DNA of 64,000 bases from Candidatus Brocadiia bacterium (GCA_050015075.1 JBEKCB010000001.1:96001-160000); one strand, 5' to 3'; positions 51,023-60,188 are shown, counted from the stretch's first letter. Notes: generated by a model not told the origin, from the sequence alone. Translations and numbers: made by a program.

Positions 51023-51175
51023 CTTTCACCACCATGGCGCGAGCTTTCACCACGACGACACAACGGACACGACGAAGGCGACACTGCGAATATCGGCACA
51101 ACGGCTTACCGTAACAGCAGTTCCGTCGTGATCGTCGTGTCGTCGTGGTGAAAGCTCGTGTCGCGGTGGTGAAGT
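51023..51175. repeat. Family C palindrome nested in an outer TTCACCACC...GGTGGTGAA palindrome
   Basis: GAGCTTTCACCACGACGACAC...GTGTCGTCGTGGTGAAAGCTC. Confidence 0.82.
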
Positions 51176-51211
51176 TGCCGCAGCGAGCGCAAGTTTCCAG
51201 CCGGATTCCGC

Positions 51212-51248
51212 TTGACACGCGTCACCCAGTGTACTATAATACCAGCAC
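51212..51248 (+). promoter_or_regulatory. Consensus sigma70 promoter with probable overlapping GntR/YtrA operator
   Basis: TTGACA-17 nt-TATAAT; imperfect palindrome GTGTACTATAATACCAGCAC; ATG at 51250. Confidence 0.7.
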
Positions 51249-51249
51249 A

Positions 51250-51651
51250 ATGGTTAACTTCAAGCTCGACAAGAAAAGCCCGGTGCCGTTCTACCGGCAG
51301 ATCGTGGACATGGTCCTGGCGGGAATTTCCAGCGGGGCCATCGAGCCGGGAGACCGCCTGCCGACGATCCGCGACCTGGCGGTGAAGCTGGAGGTGAACC
51401 CGAACACGGTGGTCAAGGCCTATTCGCAACTCCAGATGATGGGCGTGCTGGACATGCAGCAGGGCACCGGGGCGTTCGCGCGGGCGCGCGCGGGCGGCGC
51501 GGCGGTTCCGGCCGCCGAGAAAAAGCGCACCCTCGCCGCGCTTTGCCGCGATTTCGTCGGCCGCGCCCAACTGCTGAACATCGACACCAAGGAACTGATC
51601 GAATACCTGGCGCGAATGGAGGTGGAGTCGAAATCCCCGTCGAAGGAATGA
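51250..51651 (+). CDS. GntR family (YtrA-like) regulator
   Basis: PFYRQI, GDRLPTIRDLA, VNPNTVVKAY, GTGAF; short C-terminal domain. Confidence 0.9.
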   Translation: MVNFKLDKKSPVPFYRQIVDMVLAGISSGAIEPGDRLPTIRDLAVKLEVNPNTVVKAYSQLQMMGVLDMQQGTGAFARARAGGAAVPAAEKKRTLAALCRDFVGRAQLLNIDTKELIEYLARMEVESKSPSKE

Positions 51652-51666
51652 AAAGGAGGGGCAGTC

Positions 51667-52710
51667 ATGGCCGCATTCGACGCGATGACGCAGATGAACC
51701 GCGATCACACGGCGCGTGAGATGCAGCGGATGAAAGTGCGCGCGCCGGTCATCCTTTTGACCACCATCGTCGGGATCGCGGCAGTCCTCGCCGGGCTGCT
51801 GCTGGCCCGCACGCAGCGCTTGCCCCTCGGAATCGCCGTCGGCGTCGCCGGCGTGCTCTGCGCGATCCTGCTGAAGATGTCGCTGCAACTCCTCGCCGAG
51901 TGGGACCGCGCGATGGTCCTGCGTTTCGGCCAGTTCCGCTCCGTCAAAGGCCCGGGGTTCTTCATGCTCGTCCCGGTCGTGGACAGCGTCGTGCGCGTCA
52001 TAGACATGCGCGTCCGCACCGCCACGTTCTACAGCGAGGCGATGCTCACCCGCGACACCGTGCCGGTCAACATTGACGCCATTGCCTTCTGGCACGTCTG
52101 GGACACGAAGAAAGCGGTGCTCGAGGTCGAGAGCTACTACCAGGCCATCGTCCTCGCGGTGCAGACCGGGCTGCGCGATATCGTGGGGATTCACTCGCTC
52201 GCGGAGATCCTCTCCGAGCGCGAGAAGATCGCCGAGACGCTCAAGAAGGTGCTCGACGAGAAGACCGAGGCGTGGGGCATCAACGTGAACTCCATCGAGA
52301 TCCGCGACATCAGCGTGCCGGACAGCCTGCGCGACGCGCTCTCGAAGCAGGCGCAGGCGGAGCGCGAGCGGCAGTCGCGGACGATCCTGGGGCAGGCCGA
52401 GCTGGAGATCGCGCAGAAGTTCGCCGAGGCGGCGAAGGCCTACGCCGACAGCCCGATCGCGCTGCAACTGCGGGCGATGAACATCGTCTACGAGGGCATC
52501 CGCGCCGGCGGCTCGATGATGATCGTCCCGAGTTCCGTGCTCGACACGATGAACCTCGGCGGTTTGGTCGCTCTCGGCGCCGCGAAGGGCCCGAAAGCGC
52601 CCGCCGCAGCGCCGGCCGACGCAACGGCCGACCGGTACCCCGGCACCGGGAAACTCCCGTCCGCAACGCCGGTGGCCCCGGCCGGTCCGCTGCCGAACGT
52701 GGGAACGTAG
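51667..52710 (+). CDS. SPFH/stomatin-like (band 7) protein
   Basis: VLRFG, GPG, IDMR, LTRDTVPV, LRDIVG, QAQAERER, ALQLR. Confidence 0.9.
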   Translation: MAAFDAMTQMNRDHTAREMQRMKVRAPVILLTTIVGIAAVLAGLLLARTQRLPLGIAVGVAGVLCAILLKMSLQLLAEWDRAMVLRFGQFRSVKGPGFFMLVPVVDSVVRVIDMRVRTATFYSEAMLTRDTVPVNIDAIAFWHVWDTKKAVLEVESYYQAIVLAVQTGLRDIVGIHSLAEILSEREKIAETLKKVLDEKTEAWGINVNSIEIRDISVPDSLRDALSKQAQAERERQSRTILGQAELEIAQKFAEAAKAYADSPIALQLRAMNIVYEGIRAGGSMMIVPSSVLDTMNLGGLVALGAAKGPKAPAAAPADATADRYPGTGKLPSATPVAPAGPLPNVGT

Positions 52711-52741
52711 GACGGACGAGCATGCGGACCCGCCCAAAGCA

Positions 52742-52800
52742 CTGCTTGCAGTGTTCCCGTCCGGGCATACGAGGCAGCGCCCGACGGCGCCACTACAAGC
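52742..52800. repeat. GTAG-type REP pair (degenerate copy)
   Basis: Matches 59984-60043 and 63311-63370. Confidence 0.8.
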
Positions 52801-52810
52801 TGGAAAATTC

Positions 52811-52908
52811 CTTGACGCGGGCCACGTCGGTCGCCAGAATATGCCCGATATCACGTTTGATCGAGGTCGAGCGGAAGACCGGACAGATGCTGAGGGAATT
52901 GACGGGGC
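52811..52908 (+). pseudogene. Collapsed remnant of the 53602-54243 unit
   Basis: 52811-52877 resembles 53602-53665 and joins directly to GCGGAAGACC..CAGATGCTGAG.GAA.TGA, resembling 54205-54240. Confidence 0.65.
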
Positions 52909-53027
52909 ATGATCAACCGCGTCTTGTCCCTTGCTCGCAGCGCGCGCCTGGGCTAAGATGACTCGTAGCAGAGGCGCTGGGGCGTCTTTGCGGATGAGCG
53001 GATTTCATCAATTCCGGAGAGCGAGCC

Positions 53028-53216
53028 ATGGGGCGCAAACTCATTGCGATCGTCGTCGCGGCGGCGTTGGCGCTCGGCATCGGGGCGTGCGGAGAGAAGC
53101 AGCCGCCGCCGGACAAGCGGTCGGATGCCGAGAAATCGGCGGACAACGCCGGCAAGGCGCTCGAAGGCGCCGCCAAGCGCGCGAAGAACGCCGTTGACGG
53201 CGATTCGAGTAAGTAG
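53028..53216 (+). CDS. Small lipoprotein
   Basis: Signal peptide ending GIGA|C; GGAG RBS. Confidence 0.75.
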   Translation: MGRKLIAIVVAAALALGIGACGEKQPPPDKRSDAEKSADNAGKALEGAAKRAKNAVDGDSSK

Positions 53217-53262
53217 CTGTTTGACGTGGGCAAAACGGCGTTTGCGGAGGCGGCCGGACGGA

Positions 53263-53602
53263 TCAACTCGTTATCCCCGGCGGTTCGTTTTCGTCGCGCC
53301 AATGTGTCTCGTCTCCAAGAAGGCGGATCAGGTTCTTCAGGTTCTTGACCAGTTCCGGAAGGTGCTCCTTCACTACCGCGTACACTTTTTCCAGGTTCAC
53401 GGCCCCGTAGTTGTGCGCGAGGACGGGGCGCATGCCGACAATGAGCGGCCAGGAGATCTCGATCGCGCGCTGACGAATCTCGTCGCTGACCATCCGCGCC
53501 GCCTCGCCGATCACTTCCACGCAACGAATGACTGCGGATTGAACCAAGCCGTCAGCGGGGAAATCCTCGAGGGAACGCCTGCTCAAATATTGAACCGCGC
53601 GC
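53263..53602 (-). pseudogene. HepT/DUF86 HEPN ribonuclease, 5'-truncated, no MNT partner
   Basis: SAVIRCVEVIGEAA, WPLIVGMRPVLAHNY (Rx4H). The N-terminus is overwritten by the 53602 promoter-like sequence. Confidence 0.72.
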
Positions 53603-53677
53603 TTGACATGGCCACGGTCACTAGAATATGACAAATCGGGCATTTGATCGAGGCCGAGGCGAAGGAGGGGAAATAGC

Positions 53678-54265
53678 ATGGACATGATGCCCGAGATACC
53701 GAAGGACCTTCAAGACGACGTCGAGCGCCAACTCGACCAGGGCGAGCGCATCCGATGGATGGAACAGCCGGTTCCCCGCTTCTTTACGGCGGGGTCAACA
53801 AGCGCGTTTATCTTCGGCATCCCGTGGACGGCTTTTGCCGTTTTCTGGATTTGCGGCGCCTCGGGCTTCAAGCGCCCGGATTTCAGCAAGGGCGGCTCCA
53901 GCTTCTTCCCGCTGTTTGGCGTGCCCTTCGTCCTGATCGGGATCGCCATGCTGCTCTCTCCGCTGTGGGCGCGCCGGAAAGGGCTCAAGACCGTGTATGT
54001 GATCACCGATCGAAGGGCGATCACCTTCGACGGCGGCTGGACGACAACGATTCGGAACTACACGCCGGAGCAGCTCAAGAACATGTACCGGAAGGAGAAG
54101 AAGGATGGTTCCGGGGACGTGGTTCTTGGCCAGGTCGTCGGCATGGTGACGAAAGGCGGACAAGCGCAAATGATGGACGTCGGCTTCCTTCGGGTGCGGG
54201 ACGTGCGGAAGACCGAGCAGATGCTGAGAGAACTGATGGGCCAGTCCGCCCCGGCCGCGCAGTAG
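53678..54265 (+). CDS. Hypothetical two-TM membrane protein (bPH-like C-terminus)
   Basis: LDQGERIRW..QP, two TMs, TVYVITDRRAI; GGAGG RBS. Confidence 0.75.
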   Translation: MDMMPEIPKDLQDDVERQLDQGERIRWMEQPVPRFFTAGSTSAFIFGIPWTAFAVFWICGASGFKRPDFSKGGSSFFPLFGVPFVLIGIAMLLSPLWARRKGLKTVYVITDRRAITFDGGWTTTIRNYTPEQLKNMYRKEKKDGSGDVVLGQVVGMVTKGGQAQMMDVGFLRVRDVRKTEQMLRELMGQSAPAAQ

Positions 54266-54488
54266 CCGCCCGGCGGCCGGCCTCCGTACGCGACTAAGGA
54301 ACTCGGCAAATGATGGCGATGAAGTTCTCGTGTTACGTGCGGCTCAACTTCAGTGTGCAGGCAGGATAGGGCTTTCCGTCCTCCCTCGCAATGGAATATA
54401 AAACCCTGTCCCGGCAAAAAATCCGCATGTGGCGGCGTCTAATAAAAGAGGAGAGAAGGAAACACCGTCTCCCATAATCGGGAGGAGC

Positions 54489-55388
54489 ATGGTTATGAGA
54501 CTGTCTGGAACGGCTCATCGGCGAGCGAGGCAGTTGGCAGTGATGCTGGGCGTGGCGCTGCCGGTAGTGTTCGGAGGATTGATCGTGGGCATCGCGCGGT
54601 CCGCTTGCGCGCAGCCGGCTGCTCCGACAGTCGAGGTGCGCGGCATCTGCGTAACGGGCGCACCTTACGGAATCGGTACGGAAAAGCTAGCGTCCCTCTT
54701 TGCGAAAGGCACTACGCTGACCCTCCTGGTGACGGTACCACAGGGAGGATTGTTTGCCGTCGACGACGAAAAGACGCACCTTGTCAAATTTGCCGACGAC
54801 AAAGGAACAGACTTGAGAGGGTCAACAGTTGAATTGATCGGCGAAACGTTCGATACGCCGCAAATCAGCACTGACGGCACGGCCTGCCTCGTGGAACTCA
54901 ATGGTCCAGGATTGCCCGCCAAGGACGCGACGGCCATCATGGCCTCCGGCTGTATAAGCCTCAAGTGCGGGAGCAGGAAAGAGACCGCCCGGAACGAGAA
55001 CGCGGCGCTCAAGCCCGGCACCAAGGTCGCCGCCAATCGTATCACCTTCGAGATATCCGAGGTCAGCAAGCCGCAGTTTTCATATGGTTTCTCGCAGGCG
55101 AGTGGCGCCCCGTCCGCCACGCCGCCTACGGAGCAACTCGAAGTCACCCTCAGTACCGACCAAGATTGTTCGAGCATCGCGAGCATCACCTTCTTTGACG
55201 CGGCCGGCAAGGACCTGGGCGCCAGGCTCGTTTCGTCCAGTTGGGTGCGCATGGCAGGAATGAAAAGCGGCGCGGAGTCCTTCGTCCTTTCAAAGAAGGT
55301 TGACACGGCCACGATCTCGATCACATATTGGGCAGACGTCAAGGAAGTCCTGGTGCCGTTCGACGTCAAGGCAACGCTCGGCCTGTGA
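54489..55388 (+). CDS. Hypothetical exported beta-rich protein
   Basis: GGAGG RBS, N-terminal hydrophobic segment, two similar beta-rich halves; start uncertain. Confidence 0.65.
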   Translation: MVMRLSGTAHRRARQLAVMLGVALPVVFGGLIVGIARSACAQPAAPTVEVRGICVTGAPYGIGTEKLASLFAKGTTLTLLVTVPQGGLFAVDDEKTHLVKFADDKGTDLRGSTVELIGETFDTPQISTDGTACLVELNGPGLPAKDATAIMASGCISLKCGSRKETARNENAALKPGTKVAANRITFEISEVSKPQFSYGFSQASGAPSATPPTEQLEVTLSTDQDCSSIASITFFDAAGKDLGARLVSSSWVRMAGMKSGAESFVLSKKVDTATISITYWADVKEVLVPFDVKATLGL

Positions 55389-55485
55389 CGGCATAGCGCG
55401 TTCTCTGTTCTTCTCGGGCGGACACGAGACGCTCGCAAGACTGCCGGAATCGGCGCGGGCGCTCCCGGTGGAGAAGGAGACTTCT

Positions 55486-55974
55486 GTGAGCAATGCGACG
55501 CGGATCACGAGAATCTTGGCGCGGGTGTTCGGGGTGATCATGCTGGTTTCCGCCTTCGGATTACTCGCGCTCTGCGGGTCCTGCTGCAATCGAACCGCCA
55601 AATTCAAGAAAACCGCCGTCGAGGTACAGGGCACCGTCATCGAGATGAAAGAAGGCATCAGCGCCGTTTACGGGCACACGGTGTACTATCCGATCATTCG
55701 GTACGCCGACACGGGTGGGCAGGAGCACACACTCTATTCCAACGCCGGAAGCTATCCGCCCCGGTACGCAGTCGGCGACCGCATTTCCGTCCTCTACGAC
55801 CCGGCGCGCCCGAATGCGGCGCAGGTCAATATCTTCACCCACTTGTGGCTGATGCCGATCATCCTGGGGATCATCGGCGGACCCGACCTTCTCATCGGCC
55901 TGTTCGTGTTCTTTGCCGTGCCTCACATGCTTGCCCGGGCCGAAAAGCGAGCCGCAGAAGCGAGTTCGCAGTAG
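55486..55974 (+). CDS. DUF3592 family membrane protein, copy 1
   Basis: TM, VQGTVIE, YYPIIRY, YAVGDRISVLYDP, TM; AGGAG upstream of GTG start. Confidence 0.82.
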   Translation: MSNATRITRILARVFGVIMLVSAFGLLALCGSCCNRTAKFKKTAVEVQGTVIEMKEGISAVYGHTVYYPIIRYADTGGQEHTLYSNAGSYPPRYAVGDRISVLYDPARPNAAQVNIFTHLWLMPIILGIIGGPDLLIGLFVFFAVPHMLARAEKRAAEASSQ

Positions 55975-56064
55975 CGTAGTGCTCCGGAAATACGATGCAT
56001 AAGTCCGGCGCGCGGAAGGTTGCCGGAATCTGCGATGGCGCTTCTGGTAGAGAAGGAAACTCCC

Positions 56065-56553
56065 GTGAGCGACGCGACGCGGATCACGAGAATCGTGGCG
56101 CGGGTGTTCGGGGCGATCATGCTGGCTTCTGCCTCCGGCTTACTCGCGCTCGGCGGCTCCTGCTGCAATCGAACCGTCCAATTCAAGAAGACCGCCGTCG
56201 AGGTGCAGGGCGCCGTCATCGAGCTGAAAGAAGGCAGCAGCAGCGATCACAGCCACCCGGTGTACTATCCGATCATCCGGTACGCCGACACGGCCGGCCA
56301 GGAGCGCACATTATACTCCGGTACGGGAAGCTTTCCGCCCGAGTACGCAGTCGGCGACCGCGTCTCCGTCCTCTACAACCCGGCGAATCCAAAGGATGCG
56401 AAGGTCAATTCCTTCTCCGACCTGTGGCTGCTTCCGCTCATCCTGGGGATCCTCGGCGGATTCGACCTTCTCGTGGGCCTGTTCCTGTTCTTCGGCGTGC
56501 CCTTCATCGTTGGCTGGGCCGAAAAGCGAGCTGCGCAGGCGAGTTCGCAGTAG
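56065..56553 (+). CDS. DUF3592 family membrane protein, copy 2
   Basis: Same length (162 aa) as copy 1 and highly similar to it. Confidence 0.82.
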   Translation: MSDATRITRIVARVFGAIMLASASGLLALGGSCCNRTVQFKKTAVEVQGAVIELKEGSSSDHSHPVYYPIIRYADTAGQERTLYSGTGSFPPEYAVGDRVSVLYNPANPKDAKVNSFSDLWLLPLILGILGGFDLLVGLFLFFGVPFIVGWAEKRAAQASSQ

Positions 56554-56607
56554 CAGGCCAGCAGTATCGCGTTCCTGAAGTAACACGCATAAGTCCAGAC
56601 CGCGTTA

Positions 56608-56661
56608 CCCTGAGCGCGGCCCTTCGGCCGTGAGCTCAGGGGGACCGGAGGTCTTCTTTTT
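56608..56661 (+). terminator. Possible terminator hairpin between convergent genes
   Basis: CCCTGAGCGCGGCC-CTTC-GGCCGTGAGCTCAGGG with a T-rich tract shortly downstream. Confidence 0.45.
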
Positions 56662-56743
56662 GTCCGGCGTCGCATGGACAACTCCGCAACCGGGGGTCCA
56701 TTATGTGCGCACTGGACCCTCTCCGACGGCGATATCCATCATC

Positions 56744-57748
56744 CTATTTCAGTTCAGTGCCGCCCCATTCCACGACCGTGAAGCCGCATCGCGTAACTGG
56801 CGGAAGGACCTGCGGCTCGATCTCGGCCCGACTGTCGCAGGCCCTGAAGACCATCAAGACCCTGATCACGGTGTCCGGCGCCGGAGTCACATCCAGAGGG
56901 ACATGCTTGCTGTACTCTGCGGTCGCGAAATGAATCACGTTGAAACGATTTCTCTCCATGCGAGGCAACCAGTAGATGATGAACTCGTCAGCTTCCCGGT
57001 CCGACAGCCCCAGCGTCGCAAGCGACTCTTCCAGGAATTGCGCGGTATTTTGGCCTTCAACGACAAAGCCGGTGCTCAGGTCATACCGCTGCGCCTCTTG
57101 GCCCTCCCAGAACAGGCAGTAGTACTTCCTGCCGGTCTTCAGGTCAACCATCTCGCCGCTCGGTCTCGCGATCACATTCCACCCGTCCGAAGAATACTCC
57201 GGGTACGTGTGCAGCAGCGTTCCGGGATACCTCAGTTTGACGATCACCCTCTGCTCGGTTTGCGGATAGAGATAGATGACCGGCTTTTCCACCGCACGGC
57301 TTGGCCAAAAAAGATAACATGCCAACCAAAACACCGATACCAACCAGAACGCCCAAACGAGACGCACGAAAAAGGTCACACGCGCGCCAAGGCGGGCGGC
57401 ATATTCCGGGTCTCGTGCAGCGATCTTCCCCCACGAGCAGGCTTTGCGGCGGAGCACAAGCATCGCGATGCTCAGGCAGGGAGAAACAATCAGTACGCTT
57501 GGAAGGAAACAGTATAGGAACGCCACATCTTTAAGGTTATTCACCCATAAGTCCGTGCCCCTGCCGCCAAACAGCATCGCCAGCCACAGCGGCGCATGAT
57601 CATCAGCCCAATCGTAAAAATCCTCCGATCTAGCAACCACAAAGATGTTAAAGGGAACGACCGTGAAAACGATCAGGGCCAGCCCAAGGGCGAATAATAC
57701 CCCTTCAACATGCCTTTTGAGCCAGTGCTCGGACTGCGTGTTCCCCAT
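56744..57748 (-). CDS. Hypothetical membrane protein with conserved KPVIYLYP domain
   Basis: Three N-terminal TMs, EKPVIYLYP, TYPEY...GW, YCLFWEG, EFIIYWLPRM, FTVVEWGG. Confidence 0.75.
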   Translation of the reverse strand: MGNTQSEHWLKRHVEGVLFALGLALIVFTVVPFNIFVVARSEDFYDWADDHAPLWLAMLFGGRGTDLWVNNLKDVAFLYCFLPSVLIVSPCLSIAMLVLRRKACSWGKIAARDPEYAARLGARVTFFVRLVWAFWLVSVFWLACYLFWPSRAVEKPVIYLYPQTEQRVIVKLRYPGTLLHTYPEYSSDGWNVIARPSGEMVDLKTGRKYYCLFWEGQEAQRYDLSTGFVVEGQNTAQFLEESLATLGLSDREADEFIIYWLPRMERNRFNVIHFATAEYSKHVPLDVTPAPDTVIRVLMVFRACDSRAEIEPQVLPPVTRCGFTVVEWGGTELK

Positions 57749-58012
57749 CGCGGTGCCTCCACCCCGCAAACGATGCGCGATCCCGGATCGCGGCGAAGAA
57801 TACGTCCAGTCACGCGCATTTTTCGCTTCCGAAGCGCCTTTGCAAGCTGAAATCCTGCCAGCAAAGCCGTCCGCCGCATAAGGGTATAATCCAATAGTTC
57901 CCGTCTGCCCGTCCTCGGTGTGAGAGTCCGCATGCAAGCATGAGATTCGAACGAATCATATGGCCAGCCGTAGTGCAATCTATTTCGAGGGCAGAACATA
58001 AGCACCCCGCCT

Positions 58013-58082
58013 GTCATTCCCGCGAAGGCGGGAATCCACTGAGCAGCGCAACCGAATGGATTCCCGCCTTCGCGGGAATGAC
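58013..58082. repeat. Inverted pair of GTCATTCCCGCGAAGGCGGGAATCCA palindromes
   Basis: 58013-58038 and its perfect inverse at 58057-58082. Confidence 0.88.
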
Positions 58083-58174
58083 GGGGCGTTGAGGGGGCAG
58101 TTTTCTGCAAAGTGCTCGCACAAGAGGATGCGGAACGTACGAGATCGAATGCGATCGGCGGATCGCGCGGATTC

Positions 58175-59935
58175 TTACGCGGTCGCCTCGTCTTCGTCGA
58201 GGAGTTCGGGAATGACCTGGCGGGTCTCCTTGGCGAGGAGCGTCTCGATCTCACCGGCGCTCGTGAGGGCGAGCGCCTGCTCGGCGACGCGTTGCGCGTC
58301 TTCGTAGGAGATCGAGCGGACGAGCTTCTTGATGTCCGGGATCGCGTTCGGCGTCATGCTCAGTTTGCGGAACCCCATGCCGACGAGCAGGATGGTGTTG
58401 AGGATGTCGCCGGCCATTTCGCCGCAGATGGAGCAGTCAATGCCCGCCTTGTCGGCGGCTTCGAGCGTCAGGCGCATCATGCGCAGCACGGCCGGGTCCA
58501 CGGCCGAGTAGAGGTGCGAGACGTGCTCGTTGCCGCGGTCCACCGCGAGCGAGTACTGCACCAGGTCGTTGGTGCCGATGCTGAAGAAGTCCACCTCGCC
58601 GGCGAACGCGTCGGCCATCATGGCGGCGGAAGGGACCTCGATCATCATGCCGATCTGGATGGTTTTGTCGTACGCGAGGGAGATGCGGTCGAGTTCCTCG
58701 CGGACTTCCTGGACGACGCGCCGGGCGTCGCGCAGCTCGGAGAGGGTGGCGATGAGCGGGAACATGAAGCGGATTTTGCCCATGGCCGAGGCGCGCAGGA
58801 TGGCGCGGATCTGGTGCCGGAAGATTTCCGGGTAGAGGCGCAGCATGCGCATGGAGCGGCAGCCGAGGAACGGGTTGCGCTCGGCGAAGCCGGCGGGGAA
58901 TTTGTCGGCGCCCAGGTCGAGGATGCGGATGGTCATCGGGCGGCCCTCGAGCGCCTGGACCGCCTCCATGTACGCCTGGAAGTGCGCCTCTTCGTCGGGC
59001 GGTTTCGAGGCGGTGTGGTAGAGGAACTCCGTGCGGTAGAGGCCCACGCCTTCCGCGCCGTGCGGGAAGATGCCGGGGACTTCCTGCGGGAATTCGATGT
59101 TGGCCTCGATGCCGATGCGGCGTCCGTCGCGCGTCACGGCGGGCAGGTTGCAGTATTCGGCGGCGATGCGCTCCTCGATCGCCACGCGGCTGTGGCCGAG
59201 CGCCTCGTAGCGGCGGCGGGTGAGCGCGTCGGGGTTGAGGATCACCACTCCGTGCGCGCCGTCCACGACGATCATGTCGCCGCCGGCGACCTGGCCGCTG
59301 AGCCCCTCGACGCCGACGACGGCCGGGATGCCGAGCGCGCGCGCCAGGATCGCGGTGTGGCTGGTGCGTCCGCCCGCCTCGGTGGCGATGGCCAGCACCT
59401 TGTCGCGGTCGAGCCCGGCGGTCTGCGAGGGCGCCAGGTCGCGCGCGACGATGACGACGGGGGTCGCCAGCCGGCCGAGGTCCTCGCGGCGGCGGCCGAG
59501 CAGGTTGCGCAGCAGGCGCTGCTCGATGTCCTCGAAGTCGCGCGCCCGCTGGAGCAGGTAGGAATCTCCGGCCTCCTCGAGCGGCTTGCCGTAGCGCCGC
59601 AGGATCTGGTTGACGGCGTACTCGGGCGTGAACAGCCGGTTGGTGATGAGCGCGACGACCTGCTCGCGCAGCTTGGGATCCTCGAGCATTTCGCGGTGGA
59701 TCTGGAGGATGTCGGAGGCTTTCGGCCCGTTGCCGAGCTTCTGGCGCAGCTTGTCGCCGAGTTCGCCGATCTCGCGGCGCGACGCGGCCAGGGCCTTGTC
59801 GAAGCGCTCGATCTCGCGATGGACCTCGTCGGGCATGAGGTACTTGCGCGAGATTCGGGCGCCTTCGCTCTCGAAGAGGTAGGCCGGACCGACCGCCACT
59901 CCGGGGCTGGCGGCGATGCCTCGTTTCGTATCCAC
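58175..59935 (-). CDS. ptsI: PEP-protein phosphotransferase (PTS enzyme I)
   Basis: GIAASPG, GGRTSHTAI, GVGLYRTEF, ERNPFLG, MIEVPSA, SIGTNDL, ICGEMA. Confidence 0.95.
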   Translation of the reverse strand: MDTKRGIAASPGVAVGPAYLFESEGARISRKYLMPDEVHREIERFDKALAASRREIGELGDKLRQKLGNGPKASDILQIHREMLEDPKLREQVVALITNRLFTPEYAVNQILRRYGKPLEEAGDSYLLQRARDFEDIEQRLLRNLLGRRREDLGRLATPVVIVARDLAPSQTAGLDRDKVLAIATEAGGRTSHTAILARALGIPAVVGVEGLSGQVAGGDMIVVDGAHGVVILNPDALTRRRYEALGHSRVAIEERIAAEYCNLPAVTRDGRRIGIEANIEFPQEVPGIFPHGAEGVGLYRTEFLYHTASKPPDEEAHFQAYMEAVQALEGRPMTIRILDLGADKFPAGFAERNPFLGCRSMRMLRLYPEIFRHQIRAILRASAMGKIRFMFPLIATLSELRDARRVVQEVREELDRISLAYDKTIQIGMMIEVPSAAMMADAFAGEVDFFSIGTNDLVQYSLAVDRGNEHVSHLYSAVDPAVLRMMRLTLEAADKAGIDCSICGEMAGDILNTILLVGMGFRKLSMTPNAIPDIKKLVRSISYEDAQRVAEQALALTSAGEIETLLAKETRQVIPELLDEDEATA

Positions 59936-59983
59936 CTAGTATCGTGCCCCGCAAATAACGTGCATACGTTCAACCCAGGTCGT

Positions 59984-60043
59984 GCTGCTCGTAGTGTGCC
60001 CGTCAGGGCATACGACGTAGCGCCTTACGGCGCCACTACAAGC
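59984..60043. repeat. Inverted GTAG-type REP pair (BIME/REPIN-like)
   Basis: GTAGTGTGCCCGTCAGGGCA ... GCGCCTTACGGCGCCACTAC. Confidence 0.82.
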
Positions 60044-60068
60044 GGCGTATGAGATTCTTCGCTTCGCT

Positions 60069-60144
60069 CCTAAGAAAATGCGCGCTCAGCGCGCATTTTC
60101 TACTGATGCACCTGCCGCGCAGCCGTTGGCGCGGCTAATGTGCT
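60069..60144. mobile_element. 76-bp two-hairpin mini-element, copy 1
   Basis: Near-identical to 61621-61695; interrupts GAGATTCTTCGCTTCGCT|CAGAATGAC. Confidence 0.7.
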
Positions 60145-60188
60145 CAGAATGACCGCGCATTAAGCAACTTGTGACTGGGACGTCCCAC

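Noticed and set aside
54314-54353. Fluoride riboswitch-like GGCGATGAAGTTC
   Set aside because: P1 pairing and the 3' consensus are absent, and the downstream gene is unrelated to fluoride.
52900-57960. Integron cassette array
   Set aside because: No intI and no recognisable attC ends; gene orientations are mixed.
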